Of a DNA stretch of 64,000 nt, positions 25,109 to 37,621 are shown piece by piece. The stretch's first letter is position 1. The number at the start of each line of letters is the position of its first letter. Both the position numbers and the translations under genes were made by a program. The DNA is from Moniliella sp. 'wahieum' (taxonomy: Eukaryota), in assembly GCA_003971905.1 (NCBI GenBank), contig RSEE01000001.1, positions 310,001 through 374,000 on the forward strand. Reading direction: 5' to 3'. The notes below the pieces were generated by a model. It was not told the DNA's origin. It did no database searches and saw only the letters and a program-made list of their open reading frames with translations.

Positions 25109-26322
25109 TCAGGCCCGGCCGATGCAGCAGGATAAGAGGGACGAAGCGAGCCTACGGCTACTCGAGCCCAGCGAGCAGGGCGGCGGATGTGTGGCTTGGT
25201 CAGGTGCGTGTGCCAACGCTGACGTAGGGAGCGGTCCCGACGACGGCGCTGTGAGGTTCTCCGTGGGGACGGTAGCCGCGCCCTGCACCGCACTCGGCGC
25301 CGCAGTCTTGCCCTCCAGCACACTCATCGCCACAGCCTTGCCCTTCCCACCTTTCTTGGACTTCTTGATCTTGCTTGAGCCAGCACGGGTGGCAGCGATG
25401 CTGCTCAGGTCGGGAAGCTGGTCGCGGCAGGTAGGGTCCGACTTCCAATGTCGCCGCAGTGCGTCAGAGCGTGGGAAGGCCTTGCCACACGCTTCGCACA
25501 CGTATGGTTTGTCGCCCGTCTGGAGTCGATTGTGGCATCAGTATCCGTCGCTTCGCACTACACAATCTCTTATATGGACGGGGGGGGGGGGCGTACGTGG
25601 CTGCGCGCATGACGCTGTAGGTCATGTTTCCTCGAGAAGGTACGATTGCACCGTGGGCATACAAACGGTTTGAGGTTGATGTGACTCCTGAGGTGAGCCT
25701 TGAGGTTGTATGTCCGGTTCTTGGGGAATACCTTGGAGCAATTCGGAAATGGGCAGAGCGTAGCTGTGGGCACCTGATGTTCATCGGGGGAAATCAAGGA
25801 GGCCAAGATTCTGTGCCCTTCCTCTTGCGCGGGGAAATGCGAGGAGGCAAGGGGCAGGGAGACCGATTGAGAACGGACGTGGGCCGGATCAGAGAAGAGC
25901 GAGGTGGGGGCCACGGAGAGCGGGGTGGGGTACAGCCCGAAGCCCATCCACTCGTTTCCTTGTGGCGGGAAGAGGAGCGGATCGCAGGCATCCCCCATAT
26001 GCAATTCAAGCGCAGAGCGCATATCTGAATACAGGGGCGAGGTCGGGGACAAATTGAGGGGACTGGAGGTGGTAGTGGAGTTGGTGAGCAAGTCCGATCC
26101 GGGGCTAAAGGAAGAATCGCTTCCTTGGCTCGGGGTGAGGAAAGGAGTGCTCTCCATCGAAGGGGGAGCTATCATGTCTATCAACCAAGCCTGCTGCTGT
26201 TGACAGTAAAATGTTAGTACACGTCTCACGGACGGTCCTCAAAAACGTAACAAACATACGTTGCCCCCCAACGACGGAAGGGTGAGTGAGGCAGGGTCAA
26301 GGGAAGCCCGTTGGTGGGGCAT
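25109..26322 (-). CDS. C2H2 zinc-finger transcription factor (three fingers)
   Basis: CPFPNCSKVF..YNLKAHLRSH, KPFVCPRCNRTFSRKHDLQRHARSH, (TGDKPY)VCEACGKAFPRSDALRRH. ATG at 26322, then a GTATGT intron at 26259 and a second intron at about 25520-25597. Confidence 0.88.
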
Positions 26323-27262
26323 GGTCGTGCGGGTCGTAAAAGGCGTTAAGGGTGCGTTAGAGGTGGTGGATGGGAATGTGGTGGTGGTGGCAAGCTCGGA
26401 GAACTTGGTGGGAGAAATCGTCGCAATCCACGTATAACTTAGCTCAGGGGCTTTAGTATTTCGGTAGACCCTCGACTCATCGATGATGCAACAACGATAT
26501 TATACTTCTACGTATAATCGACTTCTGGCGGTTGCACCCTTATAACTCCTGAGGCCTGGCTTCCCAATATCCAATGCTATAGGCGGGACAGTACAGCTGT
26601 TGGACCTCTTCCAACGGGGCGCGAGGTACGGTAGCGCACGGCGGCCGATGCGGCTTGAAGCTTGGAGCATGAAGCTTCAACCTTCAAGTTTGATCGATGC
26701 GCGTGATCGTACCCTCTGTTGCCTCTGTCTTTCCTCTTTCTCTTTCCTTTCTGCCGCAGGAATCTTCGCAGTTGGGCTCTCGGGGCAAGAGGCACACCCA
26801 CTGTTGTGCGGTACAGTTGCCCCCCCCCTCCCAACGACTATCTCTACTAAATACTATAACCGGCCCCCTTTCCCGGTGGAAGTCCGTTGGGTCATACATA
26901 CGATTCTATCCCACTGCGCTGGTGTGTGGCTACGATCTCGCCCCCCCCCTCCCCCGTCCCCTCTGCCTGCAGTATATCAGTTCAACAGAGCCACCAGCCT
27001 AGCAGGGCCAGTGAATGCCCCGATCCATACGTTCACCAGGTATCATATATCACGCGTCACGCCACCATGCCCGGTCGCGCTGGTGCGTAGCAAGGGTGTT
27101 GGTCTTGTTGATTCGGCTGAGCGCGCTGAGCTGTACTGGCCGAGCGGCTAAGCGCTCAGCTGCTGAGCTCGAGCCGCTGGGCATAACTAGTACATTGACT
27201 ACGAGGAGGACCACCGGCCTACGGCCCGGTCGGCTGGGGCTTCGCCCCAGCTTGGTGCTTCG

Positions 27263-27410
27263 TCGCCACCTTAGCCACCGTTCCCCCTTCGCCACCTTAG
27301 CCACCGTTCCCCGTCGCCACCTTAGCCACCGTTCCCCCGGCCCACCATCGCCACCTTAGCCACCGGTCCCCTCCGCCACCTTAGCCACCGTTCCACCGTC
27401 GCTACCGTTC
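27263..27410. repeat. Minisatellite, about 5 copies of TCGCCACCTTAGCCACCGTTCCCC (25-34 bp period)
   Basis: Units start at about 27263, 27289, 27314, 27348 and 27374. Confidence 0.95.
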
Positions 27411-27453
27411 ACGCTGGAACCCTTCCACGCTGGAGAGGGCAAATAATATCACC

Positions 27454-27627
27454 GATACTCTGGCTGCGGGTGGCTGGGAACGTGTCACGGGGCAGCTGAT
27501 GTAAAAAGTGCAGGCCAACCAACCTATTTATTACTTAGTGATACTCTGGCTGCGGGTGGCTGGGAACGTGTCACGGGGCAGCTGATGTAAAAAGTGCAGG
27601 CCAACCAACCTTTTATTACTTAGTGAT
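27454..27627. repeat. Near-perfect tandem duplication of an 86-bp unit
   Basis: GATACTCTGGCTGCGGGTGG...TTATTACTTAGT at 27454-27539 and again from 27540, with one 1-bp difference. Confidence 0.95.
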
Positions 27628-27916
27628 TCAGTACTCGAGTGCAGAACGACACTCGCAGCTCGATCACTATTAGTAAGAACTACTACAAACGTGACATATC
27701 TCTCAAGCCTCGTCGCACAATGACTAGACTCACGTAGGTTATCGGCTATGTCCCCCTACCAACCCTGCCACCCCAAACTCGCACTCGCGTCCCAACGGAA
27801 CGGTGCCGATGGTTACGGTCAATAGATAGACTCTGGTGGTTGCGACCAATTGATATGCATCGGGGGGCGATCTGAATCTGAATTGGACCATGCTGGCTCC
27901 GATCTGGTCCCGGCAA

Positions 27917-29787
27917 TTAAGCCAGTTCGATCCCCTTCTCTTGGGTAGCCTTCTCGACGACGCCCGCGGCGCCTTCAGTGGCACTCGACTCGCGGATAGG
28001 GAAACCGTCCTTGATGAGAAGCTGCTTCACCTCTTCGATTGCCACTTCGTGGCGGTGGAAGATGCCAGCGGCAAGGGCAGCTTCGACCGAGCTCGGTCGC
28101 TCGCCCTCCCTCACGAAAGGTAGCGGAACACGTCGGCAAGTGCTGGGCCGTGCCTGCACCCGAGGAGGCAACAACGGGGATGGAAGCTGCCTTGCGGACC
28201 AAGTCGATCAGTTGCCGGTCAAAGCCCTGCGCACTGCCATCGCGATCGATCGAGTTGACCAACAACTCTCCCGCGCCCAAACGCCGCCACTCCACGTGCC
28301 AACTGAACCACATCCACGTCTCGGTCCTCCCGCCCGCCCTTGATGGTGCACCGGTACCACCACCTCTTGCCTGCGTCGGCGGTGCCAGGGATACCACTCA
28401 CCACACACGCACTGTGCGCCGTCGTCTCTCCTTCAGCGAGGTAGACCCGGCGCGGTCCACGCTCACCACCACCGCTTGGGCGCCATACGCATCGGAAATC
28501 TGCTCATGCCCGTTTTCCCCGTCAGTGCGGTAGCCGGCACCTCAAATGGTCGAGGGTTTGCACGCCAGCCTGTGCCCCTCGCTCCAGCAACTCCTCCACT
28601 GCCAACACAGCCTCGGAACCAATCGAGACCTTGTCTGCCCCGGCACGGAAGTAGGCATCTGCCACTTCTTTGGCGCTGCGTACCGTGCCCGAGTCGGCTC
28701 GACAAAGTCCTTGATCCCGCCGCCAATGGTGAGGGGCACAAAGCATTCGGACGCCGCAAGTTGGAGGACGGAGAGCATAGGTGGTCTTTGAGCGGCGAGG
28801 CGCGGAAGGAGGTAATGTTGAGGAAGACAATCTCATCGGCCCCTTCGAGGTAATGCGATGCGCCAGTTCCACTGGCTTTCCCAGGTTGCGCACCCCGGCT
28901 TCCTCGGTCTTTTCACGCACATCGTAGCTCTCGCCCTTGGTGACCACCAGGTCGCCGCATCGTTGCTGCGTACATCCAGACACGCGACCACACGCTTGGT
29001 CAAACCGGCCGATTGGAGCGCCGGCAACGACAGTACCTCGTCCGGATTGGCCACGGTCGACGTGATGGGGGGGTAAAGGGGACCGCGCGGTGGGCGTTGG
29101 CCTTGGCAGTGCTGGGCGCGGGGTCCGACAGCTTGGTCCAGCCAGGCGCGCACGACGGCGAGGCCCGCGGCACTGCTCTTTTCGGGGTGGAACTGGGCAC
29201 CAAAAATGTTGCCCTTGGCAACGGACGAGACAAAGGTTTCCGCTCCGTACCGGGTCAACGTCAGTGCCCAGTCGGCATGCTGGCCGCGTCGTACGCGACA
29301 CGGTACGAGTGCACAAAGTACACGTCTTCCCCGTCCTCCTTGGCGCCCTTGAGCGCGTACCGCTCCGCCACCTCGTGACCCACAATCTCCCGTGGCACAG
29401 GCACTGCCCGGTTCCAGCCCATGTGCGGCACGGTCTTGTGGCCCAGGAGCGAGTCGGCGGGTCAAAGCGCCGGACACGGCCAGGGATCAAGCCGAGGCCT
29501 GGGCGGTGCCCGTGCCTTCGTCCGAGCCCTCAAAGAAGGCTTGCATGCCGATGCAGATGCCCATCGGGGGCGGCCCGAGGCAGCATAGTCGCGCAGAGGC
29601 TGGACGTAGCCTTGTATGTGGAGCGTGTTCATTGCATGCTCAAAGGAGCCGACGCCAGGGAAGAGCAAGGCGGAGGCCTTGTCCAGGTCGCGGGGGAACG
29701 GACCCACTCAAAGTCGTACCCGAGCTTGCGGATGGCATTGGACAGGCTGCGGACGTTGCCGGCGCCATAGTCGAGGAGGTAGAGCAT
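27917..29787 (-). CDS. HIS7: Imidazole glycerol phosphate synthase HisHF
   Basis: MLYLLDYGAGNVRSL, LFPGVGSF, GAQFHPEKS, GLTKRVVACLDVRSND, GESYDVREK, VRNLGKPVELA, FVPLTIGGGI, GADKVSIGS, GAGELLVNSIDRDG, IPVVASSGAG. Confidence 0.96.
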
Positions 29788-30332
29788 GGTGCGGAGAGGG
29801 GCAGTTGTTGGGGGGAGCCAAGCACGAAGAACCGAGGCGAGGGTACGAGACGGACGCCGGAGACCCGTGCTGGGCTCAGCCTCAGGGCAACCCGCGAGTC
29901 ATCGCAAAGGCCATCTCCGTCGGCCGCAGCGCCGACGGAAGAAGGCGGGATTGAACATTTGCGGTGACAGTTCCGCCGGAAGAAGCGGGTCACGTGGCGC
30001 GGGGGGTGCCGGAGATGGAGCAGGGGAAGTGAAGTTGCAGGAGCCCCTGTCGGGCGGGGAACATTTGAGATTGGGCAGGCACGGCGTGGCTGCTGCGGCG
30101 GCGGCGCCAAAGACAGAAAGACAGGGCTCGCGGGCGGCGGCACTGTGGGGCAGTGGCCGCTCCTCCCGCACGACACTCTCCTCGGCGCCCTGCCGCATCC
30201 GAGACACAGCCACCCCGGCACCCGGCCGCTGTGCCTGGCCGCTGCCCCTATTTCCATATCAGTCTGTCTGTTCTCATCCCCTCCACCCCGCCCCGGCCCA
30301 TCCATCCCCATCCTCCTCCACCACCCCCCAGC

Positions 30333-31081
30333 ATGCACGCCTCCCCCCGCGCGCCGTGCTCCTCGACCTGTCCTGCCTCTTCGCCTCCCCCGCCGCCGAG
30401 CTCGCCGATCTGGAGCGTGCCCTCGCCCTCCCCCCCGCCTGGCTCTCCGTCGCCCTCACCTCCCAGCGCGACGCCAGCGTCCTGGCCCAGCTCGAGCGCG
30501 GCGAGCTGGACGCGGCCCTGGCACTGCCCTGCTCGAGTACGAACTCAACAACCACCCCGTCGTCCGCCGCGCCTACCTCGCCCACCTCCGCACCCGCGGC
30601 ACAGCACCCCCCCGCCCCAGCTGGGTTCCCGGCAGGATGATCCCGACCGCGTGCTCAACACCCTCGTCCGTGCCCAGGCCCACTGGCACACCGCTGCATT
30701 GCGCACCCTCCGCCGTCTTCGCGAGGCAGGTGTCACCGTCGGCCTGGTGGGCAACGCGTTGCCCCCGTCGGTATCGGCGCCTCGGCGCCTCGCTGGCTTC
30801 CCTGCGCGACGAGGTGGATGTGTTTCTGGTGAGCTACCAGCTCGGTGCCCGTCTCCCGTCGCCGTCTTTCCCCCCCTTGTTCCGTCACGCTCTGTCGCAA
30901 CACACCACCTCGTCCCTCACGAAACCATCTTCTCGCTGCTGAGGGCTCCCGCATACCTGCCATGCGGGAGCTGGGCGTGCACACTCTCCTCGCCTCCGAC
31001 ATGGCTCTTGCCCTGGACCGCTTGCACACCCTCCTCCCTGACGTGGCCCCCGTCGGCACGTGGGATCCACCGCGTCTGTAA
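30333..31081 (+). CDS. HAD-like fold protein (similar to the N-terminal domains of soluble epoxide hydrolase/ACAD10), catalytic motifs degenerate
   Basis: PRAVLLDLSCLF...LERALALPPAWL...LERGEL, LRRLREAGVTVGLVGN, VDVFLVSYQLGARLPSPSF, LPAMRELGVHTLL. Confidence 0.55.
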
Positions 31082-31319
31082 TGACTTTTTTGCTTCTCTC
31101 CCCTCCTCTCCCCTCCTCTCCCTTCCTCTCCTCTCCTCTCCTATACTCATGCCCCTTACTTCTCGCTGTCCCTGTAAACATTTCTGTACTACCATCACGT
31201 TCCTGCCTCACTTTCCGTTCGTCCCCCTTGTCCGGGGGACGAGGAGTGCTTCATTTCACAGAGGCAACAGTAGTGGCATGGCAGTCTATGCATTGTCTGG
31301 CTTGTGGGTTGGTGACCTT

Positions 31320-34300
31320 CAGTGTCATCCAGAGCACAAGGGGTTCCGCGTGTCCACAACAAAGTCCTGAAGAAAATTGACGGATGAACCAAGGCGCAAT
31401 CCTCACCGTGCAACAGGCGGGCATTGTCATAGAATAGGCCAGCGATGCCGCGCACGTCGGCCATCACCCAGGGCGGCAGATCCTCCGGTTGAGCGCACGG
31501 TTGCCAGGGTACCCCCTTCCCGATTCAACCAACCGCATCCCTCTGCCGTGGCACACTCCGCTCCGTAGTGCTCCACCCTTGGACTCGCACCAGAGCATCT
31601 GCCCCCTCGTTCGCGTTACCCATCCTCGGTCTGTGCCTCTCCCACCTGCTCTCTTTCCAGAGTCAGCTCGTCGCTTCTTCTCACCGTGCCCCTACCCACT
31701 CGGACTCATGCCACGCACCATGTAGCGCATGCTCTTTCTCTGTCTGCGTCTCCTTAGCCTACCTTAACCGCCGACCTGCCACCCAGCTACCGCACCCAAC
31801 CCCGAAACACGCAGCACCATCCGATTCGTCCAGGCCCAAACCAGATCCTTGCACCCACTTCGCTTCACAGCTCGGGGAACCGGTTCGCCGCTGACCCTTC
31901 GTGGACGCTCCACGCAGCGTAGCTCGGTCCTGGCCCCATCCCGAACCGTGTCCCGAACCGGTTCGGTGGTCCAGTTGTTCCGGTCCCTCGTCATCGTCCG
32001 ACGAGTCTTCCTCCTCCTCGGGCGCTGGGGCCTGGCCAAACGCGCGGCCCGGCGCAGTTCCATCTCAGCCTCCAACCGAGCCAACTCCTGCTCCTCCTCA
32101 TCCAATTCCCCTCCAGCCCCAGCGCCGCTGGCACTGGTGGCACTGGTCGACCTCACCTCGGGACCCGGCGCAGGCGCAGGCACAGGCGCAGTACAGGCGC
32201 AGGTACAGGGGCCGACACCGGTGCCGTCGCCTCAGCTGCGGCTCCAGGGCCAGAGGGGGTTGACGCTGCCCCCTAGCCAACCGGGCCGCGCGGCGAGCCT
32301 GCATTTCCGCCTCGAGGCGCGCCAACTCGCGTTCCTCTTCGTCATCTTCCTGCTCCAGGGAGCCGGACGACGGAGCCGGCTCGGCGACCGCGACCGAGGC
32401 GGGGGGGGGATGGGACCCGATGCCGTAGGTGCGAAGGCAGGGGATGGCGCATCCGTCTCGGCCAAACGGGCAAACGGATTAGTCGAAGGCAAGTCCTTCG
32501 TCGGTTCGGCATTGCGACGAGCCGCGCGAGCGTCTTCGCGTTGTGGGCCAGCACAGCGGCGTCCGGCACATCACCGTCGGTTCGACGGGCGCGGCAAATG
32601 CCGAAGGTGGCTGCGACAGGCGGAGTGGCGGCGAAGGCAGACGGAGCAGCTGAAGGAGGCGCCGAGCAAACGCTGAAGGAGAAGAAAGCAGCAGGAGGAA
32701 CCGAAGCAGGAGCGGAAGCAGGGGCAGGGTCCGAAGGGGCCAATCCGAGGGCAGCCATCCGTTCGCGCACTTTCTTTTGCGCTTGTTCACGGAGCCATTG
32801 GCGCGCTCCGGGCCCGAGGGGGGCGGGGTAGACGTGCTGGCGATCGAGGCGGCACGCGAAGCGGGAGGGGACACGAACGTCGGGCGGCTTGCCGTCCACT
32901 GCTAGGCTCTCGCTTGGTCTCCGCCAGCTCCGAGTAGGACGCACTCCGTTCCGAAGGCGCCGAGTACTCCGATCGTCCCGATTCGGACGCCGGGCGGGAA
33001 TCGTACCGGTCGTACAAGCTCGTACGCTCCACGCGGTCCGAGCGGTCAAACCGCGAACCCGGCTGGTCTTTGGCGTTTCGCAAGTCTCGCTCGCGCGCTT
33101 CTTTGGTCTTGGATGCGGCTGTGCGCTCGCGTGTGCGCGCAAGCCGCTCCCGTACAAGGGGAGTTGCTGGTGGGCAACGCGAATCAGCTGTCGCTCCGTC
33201 TTGCGCCGTCGATCCGCAACTTGGGTATGCTCCTCGGGCGTAAGCTGACCCGAGGCTAACGCACGCTGGTCCGCCTCCACCGATTGCTCCAGCTCGCTCT
33301 TTTCGTGCTCGAGATGGCTCTCTTCACGCTCCAGTGCGTCGACTTCTTGTTGGTCCCCATCCCCTTCCTCGGGGATGGAAAAGGAGGTGGCAGAGGCGGT
33401 GGATGCACCAGAGCGGGTGTCGTCAACCAAGGCCTGCGTGCGCGCCCAGCTGGCTACGCAGGTCGTCCAGTTCCGAGTGGGGTTGCTGTCCCTTGAAGCG
33501 AACGGCAGAACGGTTAATGTGCGGGCGCAGAGCGATAGACGGGGGTCTGGTTCGCATCGTCGTTTTTGTACGCCGCTGCTTCGCCGACGACGCGCTGGCC
33601 AAAGGAGCGAGACGGGGGCTTGCCGTGCCGCCAGACGATCGAGCGAGCGGGTCTTGGTACAAGCTGTTTTCCGACCCCGCCGGTCCACTCCCGCTCCGGC
33701 CGGGCAGGGGCAGATTGATGCCGGTGGCGGCACGGACACTGGCGTCGCGCGTGAGCAGCTCCTTGAGAAAGTCGACGCTTTCGTTGAGGTCGCGTGACGA
33801 GCTGGGAACCATCTCCTTGGGAGCTCATCAGGAATGGGGTTTCCGTTGAGCGCGCGGTAAATGAGGCCCATGGCGACCTGGAACTCGGCAATGTTGAGCT
33901 TGCCGCGATTATCGGTATCGGCCAAGGTCCAGACCTGCATCAGTTCTTCGTTCGAAAGCCCCGACTGGCCAAACACTTCGCGTGCCAAGGAGCCATCGAG
34001 GAAGCCTCCGCTTGGGGTCCCAGGAGCGGAAGATGGCCTCGTAGCTCTTCTTCTCGTCACTGGCCAATTTGTACGACATGGCTTTCTTGGTACGTGGCGC
34101 CATCCCGGTCTTTGCGGGCCGAGCCGGCGCCGATGCGGCCAGCGCAGCTGCAAATGGTCCGGCTGCACTGCCCGCTGCTGAACATACCGGCTGCCGGCGC
34201 AGCCACCGACGCGGGCAAGAACTGCAGCGCCATCATCCGCATCCGCGGATCCATCGGGCCCATCATGCCCGTTTGCTGCGCCCCGAGGGGCATGCCAGTT

Positions 34301-34794
34301 TGCTGGGGCATCATGGGCATACCAGTCTGCTGGGGCATCATGGGCATACCAGTCTGCTGGGGCATCATGGCATGCCGGTCTGCTGGGGCATCATGGGCAT
34401 CCCGGTCTGCTGGGACATCATGGGCATCCCGGTTTGCTGTGAGCCGAGCCGGGCATGCCGGTCATCTGGGGGCCGAGCATGCCCTGCTGCGGGGCGGGCG
34501 GGCCATGCCCGTGCCCATGGCGGTGGACTGGGCCATGATGCCGGTGGGGGTGGGCTGGAGCGGCGGCATGAGGCGCTGGGCGGAGGGGCCGGCGGATAGG
34601 GCTGGGGCGCAAAGGGGGGCGCCGATGCGGCCGGGCACAGCGGTCTGCTGGGGGAGCGGGGCGGAGGGCATGGCGGTCATCTGCGGTTGGAGCGGCATGC
34701 CGGTCTGCTGTGGCTGCATGCCGCCGGGCGCAAAGCCGGTGATCTGCGGGGCCATCGAGGGCGGCGGCCACCCATTCGACGGCGGGCCGTACAT
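31320..34794 (-). CDS. PAN1: Pan1-like endocytic actin-regulatory scaffold (QQTG repeats, EH domain, coiled coil, Pro-rich tail)
   Basis: MYGPP...PQITG, multiple (P)QQTG repeats, SDEKKSYEAIFRSWD, GFLDG..AREVFGQSGL....LMQVWTLADTDNRGKLNIAEFQVAMGLIYRALNG (EH domain), WLREQAQKKVRERMAALG. The 3' end is approximate. Confidence 0.85.
34260..34450 (-). repeat. 27-bp coding minisatellite (PMMPQQTGM)n in Pan1
   Basis: About 5-6 copies of GGCATCATGGGCATACCAGTCTGCTGG-like units. Confidence 0.9.
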
Positions 34795-35203
34795 GCTGGG
34801 AGGTGGTGGTGGTGGTGGGGGGGGGGTGGCTGCTTCGCTCGGCGCACAGCCCGGCGCCTCCCCAGCGTGGGCGGCCGCTCCACTGCCCCCGCGCTGCGGC
34901 CAGGGGCTGCGTCCGTACGTCAGCTGACCGCTGGCTCGTCGGGGATGGGCATTTGTCAGGACACGCCTGAAGCTTGACAACGGCCGAGCCTTCTGCCCGT
35001 CCTTCTTCGTGCGCCGCCCAGCCCCGCGCCGAGCTGCCCCGTCGACGCCGACACCCGCTCCGCCTGGCTCGCCCTCCAGGCCCAGGCCCACGCGCGCCGA
35101 GGCGGCCCCAGCACCAGCGGCGATGCCTCTCGCGCCTCTCCTCCGCCCCCCCCCGCCCAGGCAAACGACAGCGCCGCGCCCCGCGTTCCTGGCGCTCCGT
35201 GGC

Positions 35204-35874
35204 ATGACCCATCCCTCGTTCTCCTCCTCTTCCTCCTCTTCCTCCTCCGCTTCCCCTCCGCTTCCCATCCCAGCACCGGCTCCCCCACACCGATGTGGCC
35301 GCCCACCATGGCCTGTCTTTGGACCGAGAGGTCTCCTCCATCCCCCGCTCCCGCACCACCAACGTCGGCACGGGCGGCAGCCACGACATGGCGAACGCAG
35401 CCGGGGAGGAAGGCGAAAAGTGGGTCTACCCGTCCCCGGCACAGTTTTACGCTGCGCTCGCACGCAAACACAGCTCCAACCCAGCCGACGTGGCCGACAT
35501 GGACGTCGTCGTTCCCTTACACAACGCGGTGAACGAGCGCACCTGGGCCATGATCCGCGTTGGGAACAGAGTTCCACCCCAATGCATCTTGAAAGACGGG
35601 TTGAAACTCACCACGTTTGAGGGGAAACCCAGAGATGAGTTGGCGCGCTTGGTTCTCTACCCTTGTCGGGTACACGCCCCCCTTTGATCGGCACGACTGG
35701 ACTGTGGATCGTGCGGCAAGCCGGTACGCTACGTGATTGATTACTACACCGGTAAGCCCGCCGAGACGGGCGGGGTGTCCTTCTATCTCGATGTCCGTCC
35801 GGCCCCCAACGCAGCGGATAACCTCATGATGCGGTTTTGGCGGGCCGTACGCGGGACACCACCCAATAAGTTGA
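35204..35874 (+). CDS. Holocytochrome c/c1 synthase (heme lyase)
   Basis: LSLDREVSSIPR, WVYPSPAQFYAALARK, MDVVVPLHNAVNERTW, PFDRHDWTVDR, RYVIDYY, FYLDVRPA. Confidence 0.9.
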
Positions 35875-37049
35875 CGGCTTGATCCTTGCTCTTTCTCCTT
35901 GCACCTACCTCCGCATGCATCACTGCTCATATTTCCTCATCTCCCTCTCTCCTCTTGCTTGCTTCTTGCCCATCCATTTTAGTCGCAGCCATCGATTCCT
36001 CTATACCGTTATGTCGCGCTTCCGGTCACTCCAGGCGCCCTAGATGAGCACTGAGTCGTCAGTCGTCTGCCCTGTTTCTTCCACGGTCCAAGGGAGAGAG
36101 ATCATGTATAACTGTACAGTTTGCCTCGGATCTCTTTGAATTCCCGGACATTCTCCTCCTAGCTTTGGATCTTCATTTTGCCTATGGCCTCAGCCGCGCT
36201 ACCACCGACATAAAGCACCCTCTCAACACGCGTAAGTGAGGGTACATGAGGAGGTCGCCCCCAATACCCCTCTAGCAAATCCCAGCTTTGACCGCGGTTC
36301 TGCCACGTTTATGCCTTGGCCAGGATGCGAGCATTGGACCGGCGCTTGGCCAGTACCACGTTCCAACAGGTTCTGGATTGACCAATGCTTGAGGATGGCC
36401 GAGACCTGCCTTATCGCGGCGTGCCAAGGTTCACTTTGGGACCTCAGGCCTCATTAACTCATTGCAGTAATTGGCTTGGCGTGAGAAGTCACTTCATTCT
36501 GGCTCCTCTCTCGGTTGGGTCATGGGCACCTCAATTACAGTGCAGGGGGAGCAAAGGTCAACTATAAGGCTGCTGGAACAATATATCTCTTTCCGTCGGT
36601 GGAACAGCTTTCAGGCTTATATGATTTCGAGGGCGCTTGCCCACCGTTTGGGTCGTCAGATGCATTTGCTGCTTGCAAAAAAGACAGGTCACGGTAGAAA
36701 AACAAGGCCACAGTCAACATGCCGCACCTTGTTCGTACCATGTCCAAACGTTCTTTGGTCCAGGTGGTCTGCGAAACATGAGAGGACACGTCATTAGAAG
36801 AATTATAAGAGAGCGAGGGCCAATGGGGGGCAAGGAAGGTCGGCGGGGGGGGGGGACGCGGTGCGCCAACCCTAACATGTGTCCACCTACAGTTAATTAC
36901 GGTAGGGTTGCAAGCTCCAACTGCCCGCCTACGCGTGTTTGAATTTATTGCGGTTCCATCACACTTTGCTGCGGGAGCTGCCCCCCTCATCGAACTGAGC
37001 CGAGCCGCGAGCAAACGTCGTCGCCCCCACCCGACGAACTGGAAACAAG

Positions 37050-37621
37050 ATGAAGGTGGTATGCAGGAGCTATGGTGCAACTGCTCTGCCTCCCCTCCCC
37101 CCCGCGTGCGGGGAGAGGCGGGACGTAAGGCAACAGGCTAACCGTCGATCCAGGTTGAGACGGACTCGTTCTCGCTGCGCAAGGTCTACCCTAGCCGGGG
37201 CCGCCTCTTTGTCCGCTCGGGCGATGGCAAGGTGTACCGGTTCAACTCGCACAAGACCGAGCAGCTGTTCCTGCAGCGCAAGAACCCGCGTAAGATCGCC
37301 TGGACTGTGTACTTCCGCCGGATGCACAAGAAGGGCATTTCGGAGGAGGTGGCCAAGAAGCGCTCGCGCAAGACGGTCAAGCACCAGCGTGGCGTTTTGG
37401 TTCTCGTCGCTGGCTGACATTCAGGCCAAGCGCAACCAAAAGCCCGAGGTGCGCTCGGCGGCTCGGGACGCGGCCAAGTCTAAGTCGAAGGAGGAGAAGA
37501 AGGCTCGCGCTGAGGCTCGCAAGGAAGCCAAGAAGGCTGGCAACGCCGCTGCCCCCAAGATCTCGAAGCAGCAGATGAAGGTGCCGCCGGTGGCGTTGGC
37601 AAGAACTTCAAGAGCGTGTAA
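37050..37621 (+). CDS. RPL24: 60S ribosomal protein L24 (eL24)
   Basis: MK exon, intron to about 37154, then VETDSF..KVYP.RG, LFLQRKNPRKIAWTVYFRRMHKKGISEEVAKKRSRKTVKHQR, SLADIQAKRNQKPEVR. Confidence 0.95.

Noticed and set aside
27263..27410. CRISPR-like array
   Set aside because: The spacers are only about 1-10 bp, there are no cas genes, and the context is eukaryotic.
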